Shown in pieces: positions 33,701-44,677 of a stretch of DNA of 64,000 bases; position 1 is the first letter of the stretch; the number at the start of each line of letters is the position of its first letter. Position numbers and translations under genes: made by a program. The notes below the pieces were generated by a model. That model had not been told where the DNA came from. It worked only from the letters and a program-made list of their open reading frames with translations, and ran no database searches. The stretch lies in NCBI GenBank assembly GCA_965240325.2, contig OZ251228.1, positions 2,976,001 through 3,040,000 of the forward strand. Reading direction: 5' to 3'. Source of the DNA: Rebecca billardiae RCC1528. Its lineage: Eukaryota; Protista; Haptophyta.

Positions 33701-36700
33701 GGCGCAGGTGGCGGCGAAGGAGGCGGGCTGGGCGGCGGGCTTGGTGGCGGCGGCGCAGGTGGCGGCGATGGAGGCGGGCTGGGCGGCGGGCTCGGTGGCG
33801 GCGGCGCAGGTGGCGGCGAAGGAGGCGGGCTCGGCGGCGGGCTCGGTGGCGGCGGCGCCGGTGGCGGCGAAGGAGGCGGGCTCGGCGGCGGGCTCGGTGG
33901 CGGCGGCGCCGGTGGCGGCGAAGGAGGCGGGCTGGGCGGCGGGCTTGGTGGCGGCGGCGCAGGTGGCGGCGAAGGAGGCGGGCTCGGCGGCGGGCTCGGT
34001 GGCGGCGGCGCCGGTGGCGGCAAAGGAGGCGGGCTCGGCGGCGGGCTCGGTGGCGGCGGCGCCGGTGGCGGCGAAGGAGGCGGGCTGGGCGGCGGGCTCG
34101 GTGGCGGCGGCGCAGGTGGCGGCGAAGGAGGCGGGCTCGGCGGCGGGCTCGGTGGCGGCGGCACCGGTGGCGGACTCGGAGGCGGGCTCGGCGGCGGGCT
34201 TGGTGGCGGCGGCGCAGGTGGCGGGCTCGGAGGCGGGCTGGGCGGCGGGCTCGGTGGCGGCGGCGCAGGTGGCGGGCTCGGAGGCGGGCTCGGCGGCGGG
34301 CTCGGTGGCGGCGGCGCAGGTGGCGGCGACGGAGGCGGGCTCGGCGGCGGGCTCGGTGGCGGCGGCGCAGGTGGCGGCGAAGGAGGCGGGCTCGGCGGCG
34401 GGCTCGGTGGCGGCGGCGCCGGTGGCGGGCTGGGAGGCGGGCTCGGCGGCGGGCTCGGTGGCGGCGGCGCAGGTGGCGGCGAAGGAGGCGGGCTGGGCGG
34501 CGGGCTTGGTGGCGGCGGCGCAGGTGGCGGCGATGGAGGCGGGCTGGGCGGCGGGCTCGGTGGCGGCGGCGCAGGTGGCGGCGAAGGAGGCGGGCTCGGC
34601 GGCGGGCTCGGTGGCGGCGGCGCCGGTGGCGGCGAAGGAGGCGGGCTCGGCGGCGGGCTCGGTGGCGGCGGCGCCGGTGGCGGCGAAGGAGGCGGGCTGG
34701 GCGGCGGGCTTGGTGGCGGCGGCGCAGGTGGCGGCGAAGGAGGCGGGCTCGGCGGCGGGCTCGGTGGCGGCGGCGCCGGTGGCGGCGAAGGAGGCGGGCT
34801 CGGCGGCGGGCTCGGTGGCGGCGGCGCCGGTGGCGGCGAAGGAGGCGGGCTGGGCGGCGGGCTCGGTGGCGGCGGCGCAGGTGGCGGCGAAGGAGGCGGG
34901 CTCGGCGGCGGGCTCGGTGGCGGCGGCGCCGGTGGCGGGCTGGGAGGCGGGCTCGGCGGCGGGCTCGGTGGCGGCGGCGCAGGTGGCGGCGAAGGAGGCG
35001 GGCTGGGCGGCGGGCTCGGTGGCGGCGGCGCAGGTGGCGGCGACGGAGGCGGGCTCGGCGGCGGGCTCGGTGGCGGCGGCGCAGGTGGCGGTGAAGGAGG
35101 CGGGCTCGGCGGCGGGCTCGGTGGCGGCGGCGCCGGTGGCGGCGAAGGAAGCGGGCTCGGCGGCGGGCTCGGTGGCGGCGGCGCCGGTGGCGGCGAAGGA
35201 GGCGGGCTGGGCGGCGGGCTTGGTGGCGGCGGCGCAGGTGGCGGCGAAGGAGGCGGGCTCGGCGGCGGGCTCGGTGGCGGCGGCGCCGGTGGCGGCGAAG
35301 GAGGCGGGCTCGGCGGCGGGCTCGGTGGCGGCGGCGCCGGTGGCGGCGAAGGAGGCGGGCTGGGCGGCGGGCTCGGTGGCGGCGGCGCAGGTGGCGGCGA
35401 AGGAGGCGGGCTCGGCGGCGGGCTCGGTGGCGGCGGCGCCGGTGGCGGGCTGGGAGGCGGGCTCGGCGGCGGGCTCGGTGGCGGTGGCGCAGGTGGCGGC
35501 GAAGGAGGCGGGCTGGGCGGCGGGCTCGGTGGCGGCGGCGCAGGTGGCGGCGACGGAGGCGGGCTCGGCGGCGGGCTCGGTGGCGGCGGCGCAGGTGGCG
35601 GCGACGGAGGCGGGCTCGGCGGCAGGCTTGGTGGCGGCGGCGCAGGTGGCGGCGAAGGAGGCGGGCTCGGCGGCGGGCTCGGTGGCGGCGGCGCAGGCGG
35701 CGGCGAAGGAGGCGGGCTGGGCGGCGGGCTCGGTGGCGGCGGCGCAGGTGGCGGCGACGGAGGCGGGCTCGGCGGCGGGCTCGGAGGCGGCGGCGCAGGT
35801 GGCGGCGACGGAGGCGGGCTCGGCGGCGGGCTCGGTGGCGGCGGCACCGGTGGCGGACTCGGAGGCGGGCTCGGCGGCGGGCTTGGTGGCGGCGGCGCAG
35901 GTGGCGGCGAAGGAGGCGGGCTGGGCGGCGGGCTCGGTGGCGGCGGCGCAGGTGGCGGCGACGGAGGCGGGCTCGGCGGCGGGCTCGGTGGCGGCGGCGC
36001 AGGTGGCGGCGAAGGAGGCGGGCTCGGCGGCGGGCTCGGTGGCGGCGGCGCCGGTGGCGGGCTGGGAGGCGGGCTCGGCGGCGGGCTCGGTGGCGGCGGC
36101 GCAGGTGGCGGCGACGGAGGCGGGCTCGGCGGCGGGCTCGGTGGCGGCGGCACCGGTGGCGGACTCGGAGGCGGGCTCGGCGGCGGGCTTGGTGGCGGCG
36201 GCGCAGGTGGCGGGCTCGGAGGTGGGCTGGGCGGCGGGCTCGGTGGCGGCGGCGCAGGTGGCGGGCTCGGAGGCGGGCTCGGCGGCGGGCTCGGTGGCGG
36301 CGGCGCAGGTGGCGGCGACGGAGGCGGGCTCGGCGGCGGGCTCGGTGGCGGCGGCGCAGGTGGCGGCGAAGGAGGCGGGCTCGGCGGCGGGCTCGGTGGC
36401 GGCGGCACCGGTGGCGGACTCGGAGGCGGGCTGGGCGGCGGGCTCGGTGGCGGCGGCGCAGGTGGCGGCGAAGGAGGCGGGCTCGGCGGCGGGCTCGGTG
36501 GCGGCGGCGCCGGTGGCGGCGATGGAGGCGGGCTCGGCGGCGGGCTTGGTGGCGGCGGCGCAGGTGGCGGCGAAGGAGGCGGGCTCGGCGGCGGGCTCGG
36601 TGGCGGCGGCGCCGGTGGCGGCGAAGGAGGCGGGCTCGGCGGCGGGCTCGGTGGCGGCGGCGCCGGTGGCGGCGAAGGAGGCGGGCTGGGCGGCGGGCTC

Positions 36701-39700
36701 GGTGGCGTCGGCGCAGGTGGCGGCGAAGGAGGCGGGCTCGGCGGCGGGCTCGGTGGCGGCGGCGCAGGTGGCGGGCTGGGAGGCGGGCTCGGCGGCGGGC
36801 TCGGTGGCGGCGGCGCCGGTGGCGGCGAAGGAGGCGGGCTCGGCGGCGGGCTCGGTGGCGGCGGCGCCGGTGGCGGCGAAGGAGGCGGGCTGGGCGGCGG
36901 GCTTGGTGGCGGCGGCGCAGGTGGCGGCGATGGAGGCGGGCTGGGCGGCGGGCTCGGTGGCGGCGGCGCCGGTGGCGGCGAAGGAGGCGGGCTCGGCGGC
37001 GGGCTCGGTGGCGGCGGCGCCGGTGGCGGCGAAGGAGGCGGGCTCGGCGGCGGGCTCGGTGGCGGCGGCGCCGGTGGCGGCGAAGGAGGCGGGCTCGGCG
37101 GCGGGCTCGGTGGCGGCGGCGCCGGTGGCGGCGAAGGAGGCGGGCTGGGCGGCGGGCTTGGTGGCGGCGGCGCAGGTGGCGGCGAAGGAGGCGGGCTCGG
37201 CGGCGGGCTCGGTGGCGGCGCCGGTGGCGGCGAAGGAGGCGGGCTCGGCGGCGGGCTCGGTGGCGGCGGCGCCGGTGGCGGCGAAGGAGGCGGGCTGGGC
37301 GGCGGGCTCGGTGGCGGCGGCGCAGGTGGCGGCGACGGAGGCGGGCTCGGCGGCGGGCTCGGTGGCGGCGGCGCAGGTGGCGGCGACGGAGGCGGGCTCG
37401 GCGGCGGGCTCGGTGGCGGCGGCACCGGTGGCGGACTCGGAGGCGGGCTGGGCGGCGGGCTCGGTGGCGGCGGCGCAGGTGGCGGCGAAGGAGGCGGGCT
37501 CGGCGGCGGGCTCGGTGGCGGCGGCGCCGGTGGCGGCGAAGGAGGCGGGCTCGGCGGCGGGCTTGGTGGCGGCGGCGCAGGTGGCGGCGAAGGAGGCGGG
37601 CTCGGCGGCGGGCTCGGTGGCGGCGGCGCCGGTGGCGGCGAAGGAGGCGGGCTCGGCGGCGGGCTCGGTGGCGGCGGCGCCGGTGGCGGCGAAGGAGGCG
37701 GGCTGGGCGGCGGGCTCGGTGGCGGCGGCGCAGGTGGCGGCGAAGGAGGCGGGCTCGGCGGCGGGCTCGGTGGCGGCGGCGCAGGTGGCGGGCTGGGAGG
37801 CGGGCTCGGCGGCGGGCTCGGTGGCGGCGGCGCCGGTGGCGGCGAAGGAGGCGGGCTCGGCGGCGGGCTCGGTGGCGGCGGCGCCGGTGGCGGCGAAGGA
37901 GGCGGGCTGGGCGGCGGGCTTGGTGGCGGCGGCGCAGGTGGCGGCGATGGAGGCGGGCTGGGCGGCGGGCTCGGTGGCGGCGGCGCCGGTGGCGGCGAAG
38001 GAGGCGGGCTCGGCGGCGGGCTCGGTGGCGGCGGCGCCGGTGGCGGCGAAGGAGGCGGGCTCGGCGGCGGGCTCGGTGGCGGCGGCGCCGGTGGCGGCGA
38101 AGGAGGCGGGCTCGGCGGCGGGCTCGGTGGCGGCGGCGCCGGTGGCGGCGAAGGAGGCGGGCTGGGCGGCGGGCTTGGTGGCGGCGGCGCAGGTGGCGGC
38201 GAAGGAGGCGGGCTCGGCGGCGGGCTCGGTGGCGGCGCCGGTGGCGGCGAAGGAGGCGGGCTCGGCGGCGGGCTCGGTGGCGGCGGCGCCGGTGGCGGCG
38301 AAGGAGGCGGGCTGGGCGGCGGGCTCGGTGGCGGCGGCGCAGGTGGCGGCGACGGAGGCGGGCTCGGCGGCGGGCTCGGTGGCGGCGGCGCAGGTGGCGG
38401 CGACGGAGGCGGGCTCGGCGGCGGGCTCGGTGGCGGCGGCACCGGTGGCGGACTCGGAGGCGGGCTCGGCGGCGGGCTTGGTGGCGGCGGCGCAGGTGGC
38501 GGCGATGGAGGCGGGCTCGGCGGCGGGCTCGGTGGCGGCGGCGCAGGTGGCGGCGAAGGAGGCGGGCTGGGCGGCGGGCTCGGTGGCGGCGGCGCAGGTG
38601 GCGGCGAAGGAGGCGGACTCGGCGGCAGGCTCGGTGGCGGCGGCGCGGGTGGCGGGCTGGGAGGCGGGCTCGGCGGCGGGCTCGGTGGCGGCGGCGCAGG
38701 TGGCGGCGAAGGAGGCGGGCTCGGTGACGGGCTCGGTGGCGGCGGCGCAGGTGGCGCCGATGGAGGCGGGCTCGGCGTCGAGGGCCAGCTGATCCCGAGG
38801 TCGACTGGGGCGAGGTTGTCGCCCATGTGCCCGGCACTCTTGCCCACGTCTGCAGTGCCGCCCGAGCCGAGCTGGCCGTTGGTGCCAGCGCCCCAGCTGC
38901 GACACACGGCACACGCGAGCGCGCACGCGTGCGCACGCGGCGGTGAGCACGCGGGCATGGTGACACGCGGCCATCGCCGCGAGTGGCGCGGGGGATCCGC
39001 GCGCGCAGCAGCAGCCCGCCGCGCTGTGGCCCCGCCTGTGCGCGCGCCCCCTCCGCGCGCACCACTTGAGCTGCGCGCTGCCGTCCAGGATGGCGCACGT
39101 GCCGTGGGCGGAGGCGGCCACGGCCACCGCCGAGCGGCCCGCCCCGAGCTCGATGGCGGGCAGCTGGTCGCCCATGTCCGCCGGCGCGGTGCCGCGGCTG
39201 ATGGAGTCCTCCGTGCCCAGCTGGCCGTCGGAGCCGCGGCCCCAGCTGCACGCACGCGCGCGCGGGCAGCGGGCAGGGTGCGGCGGCGCGGCGGCGCGGC
39301 GGCGTGTGAGCGCGTCGCGTCGCGCGCGGGCGCGCGCGCGGGCGCGGCGCGGGGCGGCGGCGGACGGGGCGGTGGCGCACCACTTCAAGCTCGCGTCGTC
39401 CAGCCGCGCGCAGCTGTGCGCCTCGCCGAGCGCGAGCTCCGCGGGCGTGCGCCCGTCTCCGAGGGCGACCGGCCCGACCGGCGTGAAGGCGTCCGTGTAG
39501 CGGTAGTGGCCGAGCTGCAGGTCGCCGCCCGCGCCCCAGCACGCCACGAAGCCTGCGCTGTTGCGCGCGCACGTGTGCGCAGGCCCCGTCGCCACTTCGA
39601 GCAGGACGTGGTCTGGCGCGGTGTAGGGCAGGTTCGCGCCCATGTCGCCGCGCTCGCCGCCTCGCTCTCCGTACAGAGCTCCGACGCCGAGCTGCCCGGC

Positions 39701-40845
39701 CGAGTTGTCGCCCCAGCACTTGAGCCGTTTGTTGGAGAGCAGCGCGCATGCGTGCGAGCCCAGGTGCAGGGCGAACGAGCTCACGCTCGCGGCGCCGTCG
39801 TCCCCGTCCGGCGCGACGAGCAAGACGAAGGGCAGCGCGTTGCCCATCGTGCCGGCCGTGCCGCCGCGCTCCTCCCTGTCGCCGTACCCGAGCTGTCCGA
39901 GCTCGTTCTCGCCCCAGCACTTGAGGCCGGACTGGCCGCTGCTGCTCTGGTACACGTGCGCGCACGTGAAGTGCGCGCCGCAGCGCACGCCGAGCACGGA
40001 GGCGCCGCTGCCCAGGCGCAGGGCCGGCAGCGCGTCCCCCATCGCGCGCCCGCCGCCGTCGCCCACGTCGTCCCCGTGCCCGAGCCCGAGCTGCCCCACG
40101 CTGTTGGAGCCCCAGCTGCGGGCGGACGGGAGACGCGCCGCGCGCGCGCGAGGCGGGCGGCTCAGCGCACACGCGGCATTGTCGGCGCGGCGCGGGCGCG
40201 CGCGGGCGCGCGCGGGCGCGCACCAGCGCAGCGTCGCGTCGCTGAGCACGGCGCACGTGTGCTCTACGCCCGCGGAGACGTCGGAGACGCCCAGCCCGGA
40301 CGGCAGCTGCACGTACGGCAGCGCGGCGCCCATCGTGCTCGGGTGGTCCCCGCGCCTCGCCTTGTCGCCATAGCCCGTCTTGCCCTTGTCACCGTCCCCG
40401 AAGCTGCGCGCGCGCGCGCGCGCGCACCGCAGGGCGCCCGCGCGGGGTGGTCGGCGCGCGCTGCGCGGCGCGGCGCACAGCGCGCGAGCGCGCGGCGCTG
40501 CAGGCGCGCGCGCGCGCACCACTTGAGCCGAGCCACGCCGGCGTCCGAGATGATCACGCAGGTGTGCAGCTGGCCCATCACCACGCGCGTGATCGTGGTC
40601 GGCAGTTCGTAGATCTCGGGCGGCATGGTGCCGTCGTAGGGCATGGCCACAGGGCCGCCGCCGCTAGGATCAAAAGGGGATGCCACCTGCGCGCGCACGC
40701 CCCAGTGGAGCTGCCCGCGCGGCGGCGCGGCGAGGAGCACGAGGGCAAGCCCGGCGACGTCGCCGAGCCGTCGCCGAGCTCGGCCCGTGCCGGGCGTCGG
40801 TGCGAGCGCTCGGCTCGCTCGTTCGCGTGACCACTGCGCTTTCAT
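17752..40845 (-). CDS. Giant (~7,522 aa) polycystin-1/REJ-like surface protein: RCC1 repeats, Pro-rich extensin-like stalk, IPT/TIG, PKD/REJ, EGF, GPS, TMs, EF-hand (introns 40404-40519, 40116-40223, 39246-39380, 38897-39062)
   Basis: RCC1-type HTC...LKCWG.N..GQLG repeats. IPT motif P..GPARGGTVVT x2. REJ-type NRPPHGG...W.DDDDDLPLSY.F. EGF CGGHGAC..CACEPPYSGPGC. GPS CHWWD...WSTDGC...CACNHLTDFA. EF-hand FKMYDLSGSGALDAAE. Exon lengths sum to 22,569 nt, a multiple of 3. Confidence 0.8.
27160..27560 (-). repeat. 12-bp coding tandem repeat, (S[Q/L]PP)n
   Basis: ggcggctgcga(c/g) units on the + strand. Confidence 0.9.
27560..38780 (-). repeat. 51-bp coding minisatellite, ~220 copies, encoding SPPPAPPPPSPPPSPPP
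   Basis: Unit ggcgggctcggtggcggcggcgc(a/c)ggtggcggcgaaggaggcgggctcggc repeated for ~11.2 kb with mostly synonymous variants. Confidence 0.97.
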
Positions 40846-41545
40846 GGCCACACTCGTGGTCTTCGTGGGGGGCGCTTGCTTCGCGGTTCCCCGAATGAGT
40901 GGACCCTGCTGACCGGTGCGGGTATCATACAGACCTTGGTGGCTTGGTCAGATTCAGTTAGACAGTTATGAGCTGAGCCTGTCCGATGAGCTCATGATCT
41001 ATCAGGCTCGCTATTTATGGCCTGTGCACACCTATCATCATACGAACCGCGGAACCTGCAAAACAAAGCTCTAAACGGCGAACTCACGGAACGTATTGAC
41101 GTGGTTATGTCTTAATGGCTTAAGCTGAGCGGTCAAACGATCCCGTTCCGATCAATAGCCGTTGACCCAATGAGTACAGCGCGGATGATTCGAAGTTTAT
41201 AGTTGATTACTGATATTCGGCCTATTCATCGGCGATTCGGCGGGGTATTCTGACGACGCGCTGCCTTTTTCTCCGAATAATAAAGTACTGCTGGCGGATA
41301 CCCCCATATTGAATCATTGAATATGGCACATCAATTCATAATCAATTATCGATCATCAACTGCCTGCTCGAACTTTCGAACGAGGCGCTACTCATCAACC
41401 CAGTTGCAGGGGCCGCAGCCCAGAAGGCGCGACGCCGGGGGCTGTAGCGTGCCCGGCCAGAGCAAGTGAGCCACCCACACCCACGCTGACGGCTGCTGCG
41501 AAGCGATGGGTCTGCGTCTCGCGGTCACTGCAGCTCGCCACCGCG

Positions 41546-43975
41546 TCAGCCGCCAGCGCGCCCGCCGCTCGGGTCACGGGCCGCGCCGTCGCGGCGCGCG
41601 AGGGGCGGGGCGCGGCCGGGCTGCTTCCGCGACGACGGCTTGCGCGCCGCCTGCTCGGCCGCGGCCGCGGGCGGCCCCGCCGGGCGCGCCGCGCGCGGCG
41701 GCCGCTCCTTGCCGCCGCCAGGCCGCCGCGCCGCCGCGCCCGCCGTGCCCGCGCGCCCGCGCCCGCCGCCGCCGCGCGGCGCGCCCGCGCCCGCCGAGTC
41801 GCGCGGCGCGCGCGGCGGCGGGCGGCGCGCGCGGTCGAAGCGCAGCGCGCCCTGCACGCTGTGCGGCTCCAGCGCGCGCGTGCGCGCCTCGAGCGCGTCC
41901 GCGCGCGCGTGCTCGTCCGCGCGCGCCTCCTGCAGCGCGCGCGCCACGAGCGTCTGCAGCTGCTCCACGGGCGGCAGCTCGTTGAAGAGCAGACGCGCGC
42001 CGCCGTGCGCGGAGGACACGTGCGCGCGCTCGGCGGCGACGAGCGGGCGCAGCTCGGCCTGCACGCCCTCCAGCGCCGCGCACAGCGGCCCGCCCGGCGC
42101 GCGCCCGTCCGCCTCCGCCGCCGCCGCCTCCGCGCGCGCGAGCGGCGTGAGCCGCTGCGCCTCGCGCATGAGCGGCGTGAGCTGTGTGTGGAACTGGAAG
42201 CAGGCGGGGCAGGTGCAGCCGTACTTGTACAGCCAGCCGATCGGCGAGTCGTCGTCCATCAGCCGGCGCAGCGGCGGCGCGACCAGGTGCCGCCCCGCCG
42301 AGGGCTGCACGAGCAGGTTGTACGCGCACGGCGGCAGCGCGCGCGCGCCGCCGCCGCCGCCGCCGCCGCCGCCGGACGGCGCGGCGGCAGCGGGCGGCGG
42401 CGCGTCGTTGGGCGCGGGCTGGGGCTGCGCGAGCTCGGCGTAGAGCGCGGGCAGCGTGGGCGCGCCGAGCGGCAGCTGGGCGTAGTCCGGGCACTCGCCG
42501 CTCGCGTACGTGCTCAGCACCCACGTGAGCGCCTTGAGGTACGCGGCCGCGCACGCGCGCTCGGCGTCCGTGCACTGCGCGCCCAGCTCTGGCAGCGGCA
42601 GCTGCGCGCCGCCGCCCACGCCCGGCGGCACGCGCAGCGCGCGGCGCTTGTGCAGCTCGAGGAGCAGCGAGGCCAGCGCGGGCGCGTTGAGCTCCGCGCG
42701 GCGCGCGCGCGACGGCGGCGCCGCGCCCTCCGCCGTACCCTCCGTACCCTTCGTACCCTCCGTGCTGCGCGTGCCGAGGGTGGTGCGCGTGCTCACCAGG
42801 AAGAAGGACGCGGGCAGCGGCGCACCGCGCGCACACACCTTGCGCGCACCGTCGAGGTACGCGTCCATCGCAGCGCTGAGCGTCGCGCCGTGCAGCGCGG
42901 GGAGGTAGTCGTTGCCCGAGCACAGGATCGCGAGGCACGCCATGTCCACTCCCGCGCGCCGCGCGTGCGCGTGCGCGTGCGCGCCCGCGGGCGCGGGCGG
43001 CAGCTGCTTGCCCAGCTGCGCCACGCACGTGTCCGCGTCGAACAGCTCGTGCGAGGGGGGCGCGCGCTTGGCGCCGGCGCGCGCGCCGCCGGCGCCGCCG
43101 CGCACGGGCGCGACCACCGCGATGTGCGGCACGCCGCACGCCAGCGCCATCAGCAGCAGGTCCGAGTCCGAGCCGTGCAGCGCGTGCGTGAGCGGCGCGG
43201 CCGCGCGGCCGTGGCGCGCGGCCTGCGCCGCGTGCGCCTCCCACTGCGCGCTGAGCTCGAGCATGTGGCCGATGCACTTGACCTCGCCCTCGCCCGCGAC
43301 GTGCGCGCCGGAGACGATGAACGCCGGCGGCTCGTCGCCCCCGCCGAGCGCGGCCGCCGCCCTGCGCCGCGCCGCGTACGCGTGCAGCGCGTCCGAGAGG
43401 TCGGCCATCAGCGCGGTGCCGGGCGTGAGCGAGAGCGCGTCCACGCGGCACACGCCGGGCGCGGACGCGGGGCCCGTGCGCTCCGCCTTGCTGGCCGTCT
43501 TGCGCCGGCGCTGCCGCTGCGTGAGCACCTTGGCGAGCGGGCCGGGGCCGTCCACCGCGAGCACGACGCACACGCGCGCGGGCGTGAGCCGCAGCAGCGC
43601 GCTGATGCGCCGCAGCACGAGCCGGATGAGCTCGTCGTTGCTGGACGCGCGGCGCACGACGTGGTGGATCTGCTCGTTCACGTCGACGTACACGCAGTCG
43701 TACGCGCCGAGCGACCGCGCGTCCTCCGCGTGCGCGAACGCGCGCGGGAAGCGCGCGCGCATCCACGTCTGCATGCCCGAGACGCCCGCGCGCACGGCCG
43801 CGCGCGGCGCGCGCGGCGCCGCGCGCGCGGCGCGCGGCCGGGCGGGCGCGAGGCGGCCGGTGCGCGCGCCGGTGCCGCCGAGGCCGACGCCACCCGGCGC
43901 CGCCGACGCCGCGAGCGGCGCCAGCGCCGCCGCCAGCAGCAGCAGCAGCGCCGCGAGCACGCGCGCCGCCGCCAT
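41546..43975 (-). CDS. XRN-family 5'-3' exoribonuclease-like protein with N-terminal signal peptide
   Basis: XRN_N motifs GVSGMQTWMRARFP, DCVYVDVN, AVDGPGPLAK..QRQRR, LTPGT, GEGEVK, GSDSDLLL, GNDYLP. Leader MAAARVLAALLLLLAAALAPLAASA. Confidence 0.85.
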   Translation of the reverse strand: MAAARVLAALLLLLAAALAPLAASAAPGGVGLGGTGARTGRLAPARPRAARAAPRAPRAAVRAGVSGMQTWMRARFPRAFAHAEDARSLGAYDCVYVDVNEQIHHVVRRASSNDELIRLVLRRISALLRLTPARVCVVLAVDGPGPLAKVLTQRQRRRKTASKAERTGPASAPGVCRVDALSLTPGTALMADLSDALHAYAARRRAAAALGGGDEPPAFIVSGAHVAGEGEVKCIGHMLELSAQWEAHAAQAARHGRAAAPLTHALHGSDSDLLLMALACGVPHIAVVAPVRGGAGGARAGAKRAPPSHELFDADTCVAQLGKQLPPAPAGAHAHAHARRAGVDMACLAILCSGNDYLPALHGATLSAAMDAYLDGARKVCARGAPLPASFFLVSTRTTLGTRSTEGTKGTEGTAEGAAPPSRARRAELNAPALASLLLELHKRRALRVPPGVGGGAQLPLPELGAQCTDAERACAAAYLKALTWVLSTYASGECPDYAQLPLGAPTLPALYAELAQPQPAPNDAPPPAAAAPSGGGGGGGGGARALPPCAYNLLVQPSAGRHLVAPPLRRLMDDDSPIGWLYKYGCTCPACFQFHTQLTPLMREAQRLTPLARAEAAAAEADGRAPGGPLCAALEGVQAELRPLVAAERAHVSSAHGGARLLFNELPPVEQLQTLVARALQEARADEHARADALEARTRALEPHSVQGALRFDRARRPPPRAPRDSAGAGAPRGGGGRGRAGTAGAAARRPGGGKERPPRAARPAGPPAAAAEQAARKPSSRKQPGRAPPLARRDGAARDPSGGRAGG

Positions 43976-44677
43976 CCCAAGCGGAGAGCGTCGGCCGACC
44001 GACGCCACGTCGAAGACTCGAAGAGCGCCGAAAGCCGAGAGACGCATGCGGTTGGCGTCTTGGCGACGTGAGTTCGCGTGAGCTTCGAAATCTGCCGAGG
44101 CGAAAATGAAATATCAGTAAATCACTCAAATCACCTGCTCGGAGCTCGGGCTGCTCACGAGCTCCGCTCGATGGACGATGAGCACAGGCGCAAGGCATTT
44201 TCATGCCCGGCTGAACGGCATACGAGTTTGTCGTACCCGCTCGGGTAAGTACCTGTACTCACGCATGAGCGGGGGCCGGGCAGCGACATTTATGATCTAG
44301 TTGAGATTCTCCCGCCGCTTCTTCCAAAAGGGTTCGCACGAGGTCGCGGGCGCGGCCGCATCTGGCGAGCGCGATCTCGGCCTTTTACATCGCGCGCTCG
44401 CGAATTGAAGACACACCCCCATACAGGAATTGGGGCGTGCACATATGAGCGAATCACGGCGCGTGGGTGTTTGCCGCGGCGTCCGCACCGGGATCCCAGG
44501 CTGCGCGTCGCCGGATGTTTGAACAGCCGTGATGAGGTGTCTCGACTTGTCCATCCGCCAAGGGGAAGTGGCGCAGAAGTTGCTTGGCTCTCGCCCTCCC
44601 ACTCATCCGCCACCGCACCGACAGCGAGGCCCCCCCCTCCCCGGGCCACATACATCGGGGCGAGCGGCGCGAGCGCG

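Noticed and set aside
27560-38780. CRISPR-like or telomeric/centromeric array
   Set aside because: Head-to-tail units with no unique spacers, lying inside a coding exon.
25736-40612. Several multi-thousand-aa overlapping ORFs (Gly-rich, AATEPA, AAAQVA, Arg-rich) across the repeat
   Set aside because: Shadow frames of a stop-poor GC repeat. Only the Pro frame links to real domains, and the variants are synonymous in it.
41130-41165. gatcccgttccgatc, reminiscent of 5S rRNA
   Set aside because: Match too short; no flanking 5S sequence or structure.
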